Shown here: one piece after another, positions 7,795 through 17,702 of the stretch
How positions within the stretch are numbered: the stretch's first letter is position 1
Layout: every line of letters begins with the position of its first letter
Origin: a virus
Virus record (IMG/VR): IMGVR_UViG_3300020558_000217
Span: 41,600-105,599 of that record
Length of the DNA: 64,000 nt
Strand: one strand, 5' to 3'
Position numbers and translations under genes: made by a program
Notes under the pieces: generated by a model
The model's input: only the letters and a program-made list of their open reading frames with translations
Database searches by the model: none
Told to the model about the DNA's origin: nothing

Positions 7795-8460
7795 TTAAAT
7801 TGTCACAGAGCTCCTTGCAGTCCCTGATGATAGATTAGTTCTTTGTTGTGAATTAGTTGGCTGTATTGAAGAGTTTTCTATTGTATATTCTGTGTAAGCA
7901 ATAGAGACATTGATTTTTAGAAGATTTGAATCGCCCCAAGAGAGAGGAAATTCTCTGATAGCTGTAGGAAAGGCGTCAAAAAGATTTATTTTTTGAACTA
8001 TGTTACCATAATGGTCGTAAATGAAAATAACCATAGTGGTGGCATAGTTTTCTTTATAATCTGCAGTATAATTTGGCGTAGAATTATTTGCAGTTGAACC
8101 GTTATATTGAAAAATAGCTCTAGTCCATTGATACCAATATTGCCAAAATTCGCAATAATGATCGCCAAGCATAGAAATAGATACTTCTTGAAATTGAGCG
8201 CTTATTGGCATTTTTTGAGTTGGACCTATACCAAATCGATTAATATCCGCTGTCATTATAGAAATACCAGGAGCTCTTACTTGATCTATTCTGAACTCCA
8301 TGTTTTTAGCAATTTTATAAATGGCTGTAGGAGTGCCCTGATTACTAAGAACAGCGTTTGACAAAACTCGAGGAGTTTGTATCAAAACTGAGAATGCATT
8401 ATTGTCTAGATAGCCAAAATCTCTTAAATTTGTTTGATAGGCGTTTATGTTAAATGGCAT
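7795..8460 (-). CDS. baseplate tail-tube initiator gp54-like (tube-fold)
   Basis: Tube-family motifs (LFDAFPTAI..LSW, VSIAY); N-terminus MPFNINAY resembles gp19 in this window. Confidence 0.7.
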   Translation of the reverse strand: MPFNINAYQTNLRDFGYLDNNAFSVLIQTPRVLSNAVLSNQGTPTAIYKIAKNMEFRIDQVRAPGISIMTADINRFGIGPTQKMPISAQFQEVSISMLGDHYCEFWQYWYQWTRAIFQYNGSTANNSTPNYTADYKENYATTMVIFIYDHYGNIVQKINLFDAFPTAIREFPLSWGDSNLLKINVSIAYTEYTIENSSIQPTNSQQRTNLSSGTARSSVTI

Positions 8461-8468
8461 TTTTCTTC

Positions 8469-9044
8469 CTAGTAAGGTGGTGAACCAGCATATCTTCTAT
8501 TACTATTAATTTTCCATCTTTGAAGCGGTAACACAGCAGCCTTTTCCCAGTCAGAAGGGTCAACTTCATGAAAAGAACTTCTAACGTGCGAAAAAAGATA
8601 TCTTTTTATGCAACCTTCAACGCCTTTTAATTGATTAGAGTAACCTTTTAAAAACTCATAAGATATACTTAATCTCTTATTCTTATTATATTTATTTTCA
8701 TCGGTCAAATCTATCAGAGAATTTAATATTTTAATTCTGGCCAAAGGAGGTAGGTAATGAAGATTGATTCCTAAAAAACCATCTAGATACATTTCAACTG
8801 GTAGGGTCAGTGGAAACATATCGTAAAACGGTAAAGTGTTTTTGTATTTGGGATCATAAAGATAAAGAAACATTCCGCCTATAAAAGGCATAGATGATTT
8901 TCTAAAAATTTTATTAGGATCAGCTTTTGTTTTATTTGCCTTCAGATCTTCGACAGAGGAAGAAAACCAATCTTGGGCTGTAGTTGATTTGTCTGCTATA
9001 GCCCTGGAACTGGCTTTCAGAAGATCATTAAAAGTATTTGGCAT
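8469..9044 (-). CDS. 2: DNA end protector gp2
   Basis: YDPKYKNTLPFYDMFPL, GINLHYLPP, CIKRYL..HVRS, WEKAAVLP. Confidence 0.9.
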   Translation of the reverse strand: MPNTFNDLLKASSRAIADKSTTAQDWFSSSVEDLKANKTKADPNKIFRKSSMPFIGGMFLYLYDPKYKNTLPFYDMFPLTLPVEMYLDGFLGINLHYLPPLARIKILNSLIDLTDENKYNKNKRLSISYEFLKGYSNQLKGVEGCIKRYLFSHVRSSFHEVDPSDWEKAAVLPLQRWKINSNRRYAGSPPY

Positions 9045-9490
9045 TAAAACATGAGTCCTAGCTCTTTTTCAGTTATGATTTCAAATTCATAACCTCTGTC
9101 TCTACAAAATTCTCTGGCAGCTTTCCATTTTGCTGAATTTACACCCCAAGTCATAACTTCATTAACATATTTCCGAGACTTTCTTTTACCTTCAGTAATA
9201 GTTGGAGGTAAAGTCTGGGCATAAGGTTTTATTTCAATTACTATAGTTTTGGTACCTTCTTTAGTTTTTTTCCTGACTACAAAATCAGGATAATACCTAT
9301 GGACTCTATTGTCCACTGGAGATCTATAAGGAATTATAGTCTCTTCGCTCTGCCACCAAATAACGTCTGGATCTTTATCCAGCCTAGCCATATACACAAA
9401 TTCCCATCTACTTCTGTAGACAATATTTGAAGAATCGCCTTTGTATTTATCAGGGTTTATGGGTTTAAAGTAACCTTTATATGTTGCCAT
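9044..9490 (-). CDS. 4: head completion nuclease gp4
   Basis: YKGYFKPINPDKYKGD..IVYRSRWE, HRYYPDF, IEIKP..QT, NSAKWKAA, ITEKEL. Confidence 0.92.
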   Translation of the reverse strand: MATYKGYFKPINPDKYKGDSSNIVYRSRWEFVYMARLDKDPDVIWWQSEETIIPYRSPVDNRVHRYYPDFVVRKKTKEGTKTIVIEIKPYAQTLPPTITEGKRKSRKYVNEVMTWGVNSAKWKAAREFCRDRGYEFEIITEKELGLMF

Positions 9491-9552
9491 CTTGATACAG
9501 TTTAAATAAATAAAGTAAAGTAGTAATATTTATTACAAGATTAAGGGATACT
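9491..9552. promoter_or_regulatory. divergent AT-rich intergenic region with late-promoter-like AATAAATA on both strands
   Basis: AATAAATA near 9505-9512 (+) and 9527-9534 (-); each one mismatch from TATAAATA. Confidence 0.4.
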
Positions 9553-10314
9553 ATGGCTCTAACACAGAACTTTCCGCAGCCGCCCGGAAGATTTAACAGA
9601 CAATCAAGAACATTTCCTGAAGACTTAATTCAGTCTAATAGAGGATTTTACACGAATATCAGTCTTGTTAATTATGAATACAGTCTAGTATCAAACGGTT
9701 TAGGAGCTATCTCTTATGGTGGCGGATTCAAACTACCAATCCCTAGAAGATTAAATGATAATGAAGTTATTTTATGGGAAGAATGGAGCGGCATTAATGC
9801 AATTCAACAAGGATTAACTACACTTGGTTCTTATCTACCTGGAGCTAATCAATTAAATACTCTTGCTAATGCTGGTCTTGCTGGCATAGAAATAGGTGGA
9901 ATGTTTGGCACCGGCGTGCCAGGTATTTCTCAAGGAGGAGAAACTGTTAGTCCATTTATGTATATGATGTATAAAAGGCCCGGATTCAAAGAATTCACGT
10001 TAAGCTGGACTTTGGCGCCAAATACCGAAAGCGAATCTGATACATTATTGAGTATAATAAAAGAATGTAAAAAGGCTGCATTACCTAGTATTGGTAGTGC
10101 TTGGGGGTTACAAAAGTATCCTAAAATCGCTCTGGTCTCATTTAAGCCAGAAAAGTATCTGTTTAAACTGAAGCCATGTGCGATCATTTCAGTGCAAGTA
10201 GATTATAATGGTTCTGGTACTCCATCTTTCTTTAAAAGCGGCGCACCAACAATAATAAATCTAACATTACAATTGAAAGAAATCCAACTTTGGACTTCTG
10301 AAGAAATTACATAA
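9553..10314 (+). CDS. 48: baseplate tail-tube cap gp48-like
   Basis: FKEFTLSWTLAP..ESES, KYP, CAIISVQVDY, LTLQLKEIQ; precedes gp53. Confidence 0.8.
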   Translation: MALTQNFPQPPGRFNRQSRTFPEDLIQSNRGFYTNISLVNYEYSLVSNGLGAISYGGGFKLPIPRRLNDNEVILWEEWSGINAIQQGLTTLGSYLPGANQLNTLANAGLAGIEIGGMFGTGVPGISQGGETVSPFMYMMYKRPGFKEFTLSWTLAPNTESESDTLLSIIKECKKAALPSIGSAWGLQKYPKIALVSFKPEKYLFKLKPCAIISVQVDYNGSGTPSFFKSGAPTIINLTLQLKEIQLWTSEEIT

Positions 10315-10325
10315 AAGAGCAAGAA

Positions 10326-11201
10326 ATGCCACAAAGATATTTCGACAAATTTCCTGTAATCACCTATGCCAATAATCAGGCTATAGATATTACTAGACGT
10401 GTCACAGTTTTAGATAAAATTGAAAACATACCATTTGTGTATTATCCTTATGAGATTACTGATAACGAGAGACCAGATCAACTAAGTGCTAGATATTACG
10501 AAGATCAGTATAAAAGCTGGATCATTTACATTGTTAATAAAATAGTAGATCCATATTATGAGTGGTATTTACACGAAAGAGAAATGGTTGATTTTCTAGA
10601 TAAGAAATATGGTTCGTATTATAACGCTCAAACTAAAGTCAAACATTATATGAACAATTGGGCGGACAGCGATCAAATAACAATTGGTGGATACAATGCG
10701 TTGACCGTTGGACAACAAAGGTATTGGGAGCCTGTAATCGGTACCAATGGCAAAACTATGTCATATAAAAGAAAACAAATAGACTGGAAAACTAATACAA
10801 ATAAAATTGTACAATATAATGTTAGTAATACCTCATTTATCAAAGACGAAATTTGTTATATCAATTTTGATACTGAAAACTATGGTAGAGGTCAGGTATT
10901 ATCAGTATCTAATAATTTAGTTTCTATATGTCATGTCAGTGGAGTCTATAAAAATAGCGCAGAAGTTTCTATAACTTCAAACAGCTATATCTATGGTTCT
11001 GAAAGTTCAGTGAATACAGTCTTTACTACTTCAACTGTAGTTTCTTCAAATATACCTGTGGATGAAGAAATATATTGGAAGCCAATTACTTATTTGCAAT
11101 ATGAAGAGGATAAAAATGAATTTAATAAAACTATCAGAATTTTGGATAGTAGATTGAAACAAGTAGCAGTTGACAACTTAACAGATTTATTGAGCGAATA
11201 A
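10326..11201 (+). CDS. 53: baseplate wedge gp53
   Basis: YFDKFPVITY, YEITDNERPDQLSARYY, WII..N.IVDPYYEW, YEEDKNE..KTIRIL. Confidence 0.88.
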   Translation: MPQRYFDKFPVITYANNQAIDITRRVTVLDKIENIPFVYYPYEITDNERPDQLSARYYEDQYKSWIIYIVNKIVDPYYEWYLHEREMVDFLDKKYGSYYNAQTKVKHYMNNWADSDQITIGGYNALTVGQQRYWEPVIGTNGKTMSYKRKQIDWKTNTNKIVQYNVSNTSFIKDEICYINFDTENYGRGQVLSVSNNLVSICHVSGVYKNSAEVSITSNSYIYGSESSVNTVFTTSTVVSSNIPVDEEIYWKPITYLQYEEDKNEFNKTIRILDSRLKQVAVDNLTDLLSE

Positions 11202-11202
11202 C

Positions 11203-12459
11203 ATGGCTGCTGGCGATATTAAGATATCCAATGTTAAAATAGGAAATATGGAACTAACCAAGGACAAAAAGGTCTCATTGGTTGGATTCAACGTATATGA
11301 AGATATATTGAACCCATATGGTCCTGTTGGAGAGGTCAGAGTTATGGACCCATCCGATTCATTGGGCCAAAACAGAATCAACGGTTCTTATGATCAGGAC
11401 GTTGAAATAAGATTTTCAGGAGATGATAGTATTTTTAGTGCCGGTGGCGGTGGCAATTTCAAATTCAAAATGTTCCAAAATAAAAATCTTAACGACCAAT
11501 CACAAAACAATTTCGGTTCAGGTCACCACAAACAATATGATATTAGGTGTGTTTCTCCAGAATTTTTAAATGCTCAGGGTAATCATATTGAAAAAAGTTT
11601 CAAAGGCAAAACAAGCGAAGTTGTTGAACATATCCTTAAAGAAGGATTTAAGACCAAAAGAAAAATAGAAAAAGCTGACACTAAAGGAAATCGTAGAATT
11701 GTTATTCCTAAAATGCATCCTTTAGATGCATTGAAAAAAATGAACACGGAACATGTTTCAGAGAAATATGAATCTTCTACATTTGCTCTTTTTCAACAGG
11801 GAGACAGTAATGGTGAACACAAATATGTATTCAAAACATTTGAAGAATTATTCGAGAAGTCTCCAGTAGTCAAATTAAGACAAACTACAAATCTAAATTT
11901 TTCTAAGGCAAATCAACAAGACAGACAAAATTCTATAATGTGGTTTAAACCATCAAAGAACTTTGATGCTGGCCCAAGAGCATTGGATAAAACCGAAGAG
12001 TATGCTGTAGATTTAACAACTCATAAGGTTGTTGCAACAAACACACAAAAACGAAATAAATTTAAGTTTGCTGACAATCAAGGAGTTTATGACAGTTCTC
12101 CTTCTTATGCTAAATCTGCTCCTGTAAGATATATACATGATAAAGCGAATAACAAAGATAAACATACAACTTCTGAGGCCAAAACAAAAAGAGCAGCATT
12201 TTTGGCTCATTTAGCGCAGAACTCAGCAGAATTAGAAGTTTACTATAACCCTAAAATTACTTTAGGATCTATGGTTGAACTGGACATACCTAAGAAATCT
12301 AATAGCAATTGGGAAGAAGGTGAATCTCAGTTTAATGGAAAATGTCTAGTGGTTGCTATAAGAACAAAGTATAGGGTTGCGGCAGAACCACCAAACTGCA
12401 CAATGATATTAAGAGTTGTTAAGGCGTCGTTCAAACGTGGCGGTGGAGGTCAGGGATAA
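11203..12459 (+). CDS. baseplate hub protein (gp27-like)
   Basis: FNVYEDI..P...GEVRVMD; C-terminal GSMVELDIP..FNGKCLVVAIR; lies between gp53 and gp5. Confidence 0.65.
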   Translation: MAAGDIKISNVKIGNMELTKDKKVSLVGFNVYEDILNPYGPVGEVRVMDPSDSLGQNRINGSYDQDVEIRFSGDDSIFSAGGGGNFKFKMFQNKNLNDQSQNNFGSGHHKQYDIRCVSPEFLNAQGNHIEKSFKGKTSEVVEHILKEGFKTKRKIEKADTKGNRRIVIPKMHPLDALKKMNTEHVSEKYESSTFALFQQGDSNGEHKYVFKTFEELFEKSPVVKLRQTTNLNFSKANQQDRQNSIMWFKPSKNFDAGPRALDKTEEYAVDLTTHKVVATNTQKRNKFKFADNQGVYDSSPSYAKSAPVRYIHDKANNKDKHTTSEAKTKRAAFLAHLAQNSAELEVYYNPKITLGSMVELDIPKKSNSNWEEGESQFNGKCLVVAIRTKYRVAAEPPNCTMILRVVKASFKRGGGGQG

Positions 12460-12866
12460 TGTTTTATATTGCAGAAGTTAGAAATTTTGAAGATGATCCT
12501 ACTAAATCAGGTCGTGTTAAAGTCAGAATTTATAACGAACATAATGATGAACAAGCAATCAAAGACGAAGAACTTCCATGGGCTATGGTAGTACAACCTA
12601 TAACATCAGCTGCAACGTCAAGAATTGGAGTTTCGCCTTCAGGATTAAAAGTGGGCTCTAGAGTATTAGTTACATATTTACCTCATGATACTGCTATGCA
12701 ATATCCTATTGTTCTTGGTTCTTTGGCTCGTGGTGATATGCCAGAGGGTCACGAAGATAGTAATGGCGGCGTAGGTCAACAATCACAAGAAGCTCAAAGA
12801 AATTCTGGAGGTAAAATTAAGAAACCTGGTATTGATAATCCTGCTTGGACAAGGAAAAGTAATTAA
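12459..12866 (+). CDS. 5: gp5 N-terminal OB-fold module (split tail spike)
   Basis: DDPTKSGRVKVRI..H....LPWAMVVQPITSAA..GVSP.GL..GSRV...QYPIVLGSL; ORF ends after this domain. Confidence 0.85.
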   Translation: MFYIAEVRNFEDDPTKSGRVKVRIYNEHNDEQAIKDEELPWAMVVQPITSAATSRIGVSPSGLKVGSRVLVTYLPHDTAMQYPIVLGSLARGDMPEGHEDSNGGVGQQSQEAQRNSGGKIKKPGIDNPAWTRKSN

Positions 12867-14341
12867 TGGCAGAAAAGGCTTTTGAGAACAATAACAAAAC
12901 AGTTAGTCCGAATCATCAGACATTAGGTGGTAAAAAACCTAAGATTAATGCTGAAGTAAAATATGCTGACGCTCCTGCAGTAAAGCCAGATGATTCTAAA
13001 ACATTATCTGACGCTCGAGATAAATTTGCTCCAAATGCGGATAAGCCAACTTCTGCTTCGGCTGATAAAGGTCAAACTGATCTACCTCAATTGATGAAAA
13101 AGGTTGATCCGCAAGGAAAAGCGCAAGTTTTGCCTCAAATGTATCAGCAATTAATGCAGATGTCAAATATTTTAGGCATGGGCAGCGGCATGATGGGCGG
13201 CATGGGCGCTGGTGGTTCAGGACAAAATACACCACAAGGTATTCTACAAAATAGTGACCCAATACCTGCAGGTATAGTTACTGTAATTAACGATTCGTTT
13301 ACTGGCGCTCTTGCAATTTTGTCTCTCAGATATGGGTTTGAGAGAGTCATTTTGGTATTTACTACTTTATTAGATAAAGGCGGTATAGATAGAATTGATG
13401 ATAGGTTTCAGGATATCGTTAAGAATGGTATAGCAAATTTAATTAAAGTTGCTTTGTATTATGGGCCATTGAATATTCCTGTTTCAGTTTATGATGAAAC
13501 AATTTATGGCGACATTGTACCAGAACCTTTAGTTTCTTTAAGTAATGTGCCAGATGGATACAATAAACAATATTATGAAATTGCTGACGATCCATATCCC
13601 GGATACATAGAATGGTTATCACCAGACAAAACTGAAAAAGTTTATACCAGGAGACCGCCTGGTTCGTTTGTTTACACAACGCCAAATGAAGAGACATATT
13701 CAGTTTCTGAATTAGAAATCGCTGCCGATCTTAAGCCATACATTCAGATACAAATACCACAGCCATTATTGACGACTGATATATTAAATGAGATATTGGC
13801 CAAACAAGTTGTCAATGTAGAGGAAAATATTACCAACAATAATATTGGTAACAACTCAAGTCAAAATAATAATAGCAGTGGTGGTGGGAATATGGGAGGT
13901 CAATTGCAATCTCTTATGCAAATGTTGCTCTCACAACAGCTACCAAAATCTGTATTGAATCAAGGCGATGTACAAAAAACAATGAATCAATTTACTAAAG
14001 ATATGTCATTCAATAATCAGTTGTTTGAATTAGGTAACCAAGCTATGGGCGGAGGAATGGGCGGCGGTCTCGGTTCTCTAGGTAACATGGGTGGTATTTC
14101 AAATATCATGAGCGGTTTCAATTCCGGTGGCGGTGGTATTTCAGGAGTGCTCGGTAATCTTGGTGGTGGTAATTTATTAGGAAGTTTTGGTGGTTTTGGT
14201 GGTGGATCAGGCGGAGGTGGCGGAGGTGCTGGTAGTGGATTCCCTGGCGCTTCTGGTGGCGGATTTTATACTGGTGGAGATGTTACTGATACTGGTAAGA
14301 AAAATATTGCTCAGATGTTAACATTATTAGGTATAAGTTAA
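12866..14341 (+). CDS. Gly/Met/Gln-rich hypothetical protein between the gp5 halves
   Basis: 491 aa, TAATG-coupled on both sides; Gly-rich C-terminus; no recognisable domain. Confidence 0.75.
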   Translation: MAEKAFENNNKTVSPNHQTLGGKKPKINAEVKYADAPAVKPDDSKTLSDARDKFAPNADKPTSASADKGQTDLPQLMKKVDPQGKAQVLPQMYQQLMQMSNILGMGSGMMGGMGAGGSGQNTPQGILQNSDPIPAGIVTVINDSFTGALAILSLRYGFERVILVFTTLLDKGGIDRIDDRFQDIVKNGIANLIKVALYYGPLNIPVSVYDETIYGDIVPEPLVSLSNVPDGYNKQYYEIADDPYPGYIEWLSPDKTEKVYTRRPPGSFVYTTPNEETYSVSELEIAADLKPYIQIQIPQPLLTTDILNEILAKQVVNVEENITNNNIGNNSSQNNNSSGGGNMGGQLQSLMQMLLSQQLPKSVLNQGDVQKTMNQFTKDMSFNNQLFELGNQAMGGGMGGGLGSLGNMGGISNIMSGFNSGGGGISGVLGNLGGGNLLGSFGGFGGGSGGGGGGAGSGFPGASGGGFYTGGDVTDTGKKNIAQMLTLLGIS

Positions 14342-15159
14342 TGGTAGATCATAATAAAAAAGTTCCAAAATCAGCACTAGACGAAAACGAGATTGAACCA
14401 AAATATGGTTATGTTCATGGAGAATGGGACGCACTTGGCGGACACCATTTAGTATATCGTAATCCAGAAGAACACGAAAAATCATATTCAGAGTCATTAA
14501 CTCCCAGTGGAAGTTACCAGATAACTCATCATGATCAAAAGAAAAAAGAGATACACACAGCAGTAAATCCTGGAGAACATAGAGCTTATGTTGGTGGTGG
14601 TAAATCAATTCAAGTAGACGGTCATTTCGATCACAATGGTGAAAAAACTGGTAGAATGGAACACGGTGATGATTTTGGTCAAACTACTGGTAAAAATTAC
14701 TATAGAGGAACTGGCAAAAAAGAATTCAAAATGTCTGGAGATTCCAGATATAATGGTGTTCAAAAAGGTTCGGCTCCTGTTCATTGTAATGTTGATGCAG
14801 GAACAAATAGAAATAGAGTGAAAGGCGATAGGTTTCACGCCACAGAAGGCGATTATGTTTCTATGGGCGAGAAGAAAAAAATTGAAGTCTTTCAAAAAGA
14901 CGTTTCAATGTATGCAGGTGCCAATCATGATGTATTCGTTAAAGAAAAAGGTAAAATAGAAACAGGTAGCACGATGTTAGTGCAGACCGGATCTACAGCT
15001 ACTGTAAATTCTGCCTCTGACGCTCTTGTTAAAGCAGCAACAGAAATTACAGTGGATGCTGGTTCTAAGATAACTTTAAAAGTCGGTGGTTCTAGTATTG
15101 TCATTGAAAGCGGTTCTATTACTATCAAGTCCGCAAGTATTAAGTTTGAACAAGGTTAA
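14341..15159 (+). CDS. 5: gp5 C-terminal beta-helix spike module
   Basis: PKYGYVH...GGHHLV, short beta-repeats, terminal KITLKVGGSSIVIESGSITIKSASI; followed by a PAAR gene. Confidence 0.75.
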   Translation: MVDHNKKVPKSALDENEIEPKYGYVHGEWDALGGHHLVYRNPEEHEKSYSESLTPSGSYQITHHDQKKKEIHTAVNPGEHRAYVGGGKSIQVDGHFDHNGEKTGRMEHGDDFGQTTGKNYYRGTGKKEFKMSGDSRYNGVQKGSAPVHCNVDAGTNRNRVKGDRFHATEGDYVSMGEKKKIEVFQKDVSMYAGANHDVFVKEKGKIETGSTMLVQTGSTATVNSASDALVKAATEITVDAGSKITLKVGGSSIVIESGSITIKSASIKFEQG

Positions 15160-15167
15160 ATAGTTAG

Positions 15168-15455
15168 ATGGCTCAAGCACATAGACAAGACGATCAGAGA
15201 TCTTGTGGGGCTACTACAATAGTTAGTGGTCAAAGTTTTGTTACTATTGACGGTAAATTATGGGCTGTAGAGAATGATCAAAATACTCATGGCGCTGGCG
15301 GTTTGATTGCTAGTAAATCGTATATTACGATTGGTGGTAAAAAGATTATAGTTGTGAATGATAGTGCTAATCAAGATAATTTATGTCCAACGGCTGGAGG
15401 AGAACATTGTAATCCAAAGGCTTCATCCGGAAGTAGCTTAGTAGACGTAGGATAA
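15168..15455 (+). CDS. PAAR-like spike tip protein (gp5.4-like)
   Basis: AHRQDDQRSCGATT..GQSFVTIDGK, H/C metal ligands, ASSGSSLVDVG. Confidence 0.85.
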   Translation: MAQAHRQDDQRSCGATTIVSGQSFVTIDGKLWAVENDQNTHGAGGLIASKSYITIGGKKIIVVNDSANQDNLCPTAGGEHCNPKASSGSSLVDVG

Positions 15456-15457
15456 AA

Positions 15458-15886
15458 ATGGCATTAACAAGAGCAGATACCTTCACAGGTTCTAAAAAAC
15501 AAATTGAATATTTTTCAGACTTTTTGACTAGTTTTGCAAAAACACCAATTGGAAATCAATTGGCTAGAGTAACAAACGAACAAGCTGTCGTGCAGTCTTT
15601 GAAAAATCTTATAAGAACAAATTTGGGCGAAAGATTGTTTCAGCCTACAGTTGGTTCTGACGTTATGGCAACTTTATTTGAGTTGAACACAGACGAGGCT
15701 AGGGATTCATTAGAATTATTCATCAATAACACTGTTGAGAACAATGAACCTAGAGTCAATCTAGTACAAACCATAGTGAATACCGATAATATTAATGAAA
15801 ATCAAATTGAGATAACTTTGATTTATAACTTAATAAATAATCCAACAGAGTTAACTCTTAATTTAGTACTAAAAAGAGTCCGATAA
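15458..15886 (+). CDS. 25: baseplate wedge gp25
   Basis: NEQAVVQSLKNLIRTNLGERLFQPTVGS, NEPRV. Confidence 0.92.
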   Translation: MALTRADTFTGSKKQIEYFSDFLTSFAKTPIGNQLARVTNEQAVVQSLKNLIRTNLGERLFQPTVGSDVMATLFELNTDEARDSLELFINNTVENNEPRVNLVQTIVNTDNINENQIEITLIYNLINNPTELTLNLVLKRVR

Positions 15887-17701
15887 ATGGCAAATAGTTC
15901 ACTCAATCTTTCGTCTCTAGATTTTGACACCCTTAAAGATAATTTTAAGGAATTTCTAAAAACACAATCAGCATTCAAAGATTATAATTTTGATGGTTCG
16001 AATATTAACGTTCTCCTAGACGTTATGTCTTATAATTCATATTTAAATTCGTTTTATTTAAATATGATTGCATCAGAGATGTTCTTAGATTCAGCTCAAA
16101 AAATAGACTCTGTTATTTCTCATGCAAAAGAATTAAATTACACGCCCAGAAGTTCTCATTCTGCTGTTGCTAATATCACTTTTACTGTGGAAACTAGCGG
16201 ATTTACATCAAATAAATTAACGATTCCCAAAGGGACCAGATTCACTGGTTTTAATTCTAACGGAACATATACCTTCGTTACAGATCTTTCACAGACTTTT
16301 GTTTCTTCTAATAATACTTATTTGGTAGAAAACATCCAAATAAATGAAGGCACATATTTTACTGATTCTTTTGTTTTAGATTACGAAATTGAAAATCAAA
16401 GATTTATACTTTCTAACGAAAACATTGATATTGAAAGTATTACAGTAAATGTCTCGGAAAATGGAGTTAATACTGATTACACTTTTGCAACCACTTTGTT
16501 TGGTTTAAGTGACGCCTCTACCGTTTATTTTATTCAGGCAGTCGAAGGCGGTAGATATGAAATTAGATTTGGTGATGGATTATTTGGAAAAAAACCAATA
16601 AACGGAGCTACGGTTGTTGTTGAATATATTGTAACAAATGGTTCAGATGGTAATGGTGTTGAAAATTTTGCATTAACAGATAATCTTGGTCCTGGTAATG
16701 GCGGCGAAGCTACTGCTTCGGAAATCACAGTTATTACTAGTTCTATACAAGGCGCAAATCAAGAAACTATAGAAGACATAAAATTTAATGCTCCTAGATA
16801 TTTTGCCGCTCAACAAAGAGCAGTTTCTATAGATGATTATTACTCACTAGTGCGTGCCAAATTTGGTGGAGCTGTTGACGATGTTATTATCTATGGTGGG
16901 CAAGATTTAGAACCAAAACTATACGGAAGAGTTATTGTTTCAGTAAAACCAACCGCATCTGTTACTGCATCTTCATTATTAAAAAATGATATCGTAAATT
17001 ATTTACAAGATTTTATCGCTCTACCAAATAGAGTCATAGTAACTGATCCTGATTATTTTTATATTGATGTATCTTCTACAGTTCAATTTAATTCTAAACT
17101 GACAACAAAATATTCTACTGAAATTAAAAGTATGATATTGGATGGTATTATTAATTTTAGTAGAGATCATTTAGAAAAATTTGGCAACGATTTTAGATAT
17201 AGCAGATTCGTTACTCGTATCGATTCATTAGATCAGAGTATAACAAGTAATGATACACGAGTAAAAATAATCAAAAGATTGACCCCTAAATTATTATTTG
17301 CTACTTCTTTTGATGTCCGTTTCAATAATGGAGCTGAACAAGAAGGTTTATATGATGGTGTAGCATATCCAGATCAAAGAGTTTTAACTAGCACAGGATT
17401 TTCATACGTTGACGAAGAAGATAATATCTATCCTAACTGTTATTTAGAAGACGACGCTCTTGGTAATGTATTAGTATATACGTTTTTGAAAGGTATCAAA
17501 ACTATCTTAAAAACAAATATTGGAATCATAAATTATGAAACTGGTGCAGTATCGATAACCAATCTTAAAACTTCTTATTATAATAGTTACATAGAGTTAT
17601 CTTTAACTACTAAAAATAAAGATATCATTGCATCTAAAAACATGGTTCTTTTAATTGACCCTGTTGACGTTAACATAGACATCATAGAAACAATAAGATA
17701 A
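15887..17701 (+). CDS. 6: baseplate wedge gp6
   Basis: LDFDTLK..FKEFL..Q..FKDYNFDGS, EMFLDSAQ, FGDG..GK, QQRAVS..DY. Confidence 0.93.
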   Translation: MANSSLNLSSLDFDTLKDNFKEFLKTQSAFKDYNFDGSNINVLLDVMSYNSYLNSFYLNMIASEMFLDSAQKIDSVISHAKELNYTPRSSHSAVANITFTVETSGFTSNKLTIPKGTRFTGFNSNGTYTFVTDLSQTFVSSNNTYLVENIQINEGTYFTDSFVLDYEIENQRFILSNENIDIESITVNVSENGVNTDYTFATTLFGLSDASTVYFIQAVEGGRYEIRFGDGLFGKKPINGATVVVEYIVTNGSDGNGVENFALTDNLGPGNGGEATASEITVITSSIQGANQETIEDIKFNAPRYFAAQQRAVSIDDYYSLVRAKFGGAVDDVIIYGGQDLEPKLYGRVIVSVKPTASVTASSLLKNDIVNYLQDFIALPNRVIVTDPDYFYIDVSSTVQFNSKLTTKYSTEIKSMILDGIINFSRDHLEKFGNDFRYSRFVTRIDSLDQSITSNDTRVKIIKRLTPKLLFATSFDVRFNNGAEQEGLYDGVAYPDQRVLTSTGFSYVDEEDNIYPNCYLEDDALGNVLVYTFLKGIKTILKTNIGIINYETGAVSITNLKTSYYNSYIELSLTTKNKDIIASKNMVLLIDPVDVNIDIIETIR

Positions 17702-17702
17702 A

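Noticed and set aside
9044-9490. TnsA-like endonuclease as a transposon
   Set aside because: Sequence and position next to gp2 match T4 head-completion gp4; no transposase or terminal repeats are present.
12860-14345. Programmed frameshift or readthrough rejoining gp5
   Set aside because: Both junctions are ordinary TAATG stop-start overlaps, seen throughout this genome; no convincing slippery site.
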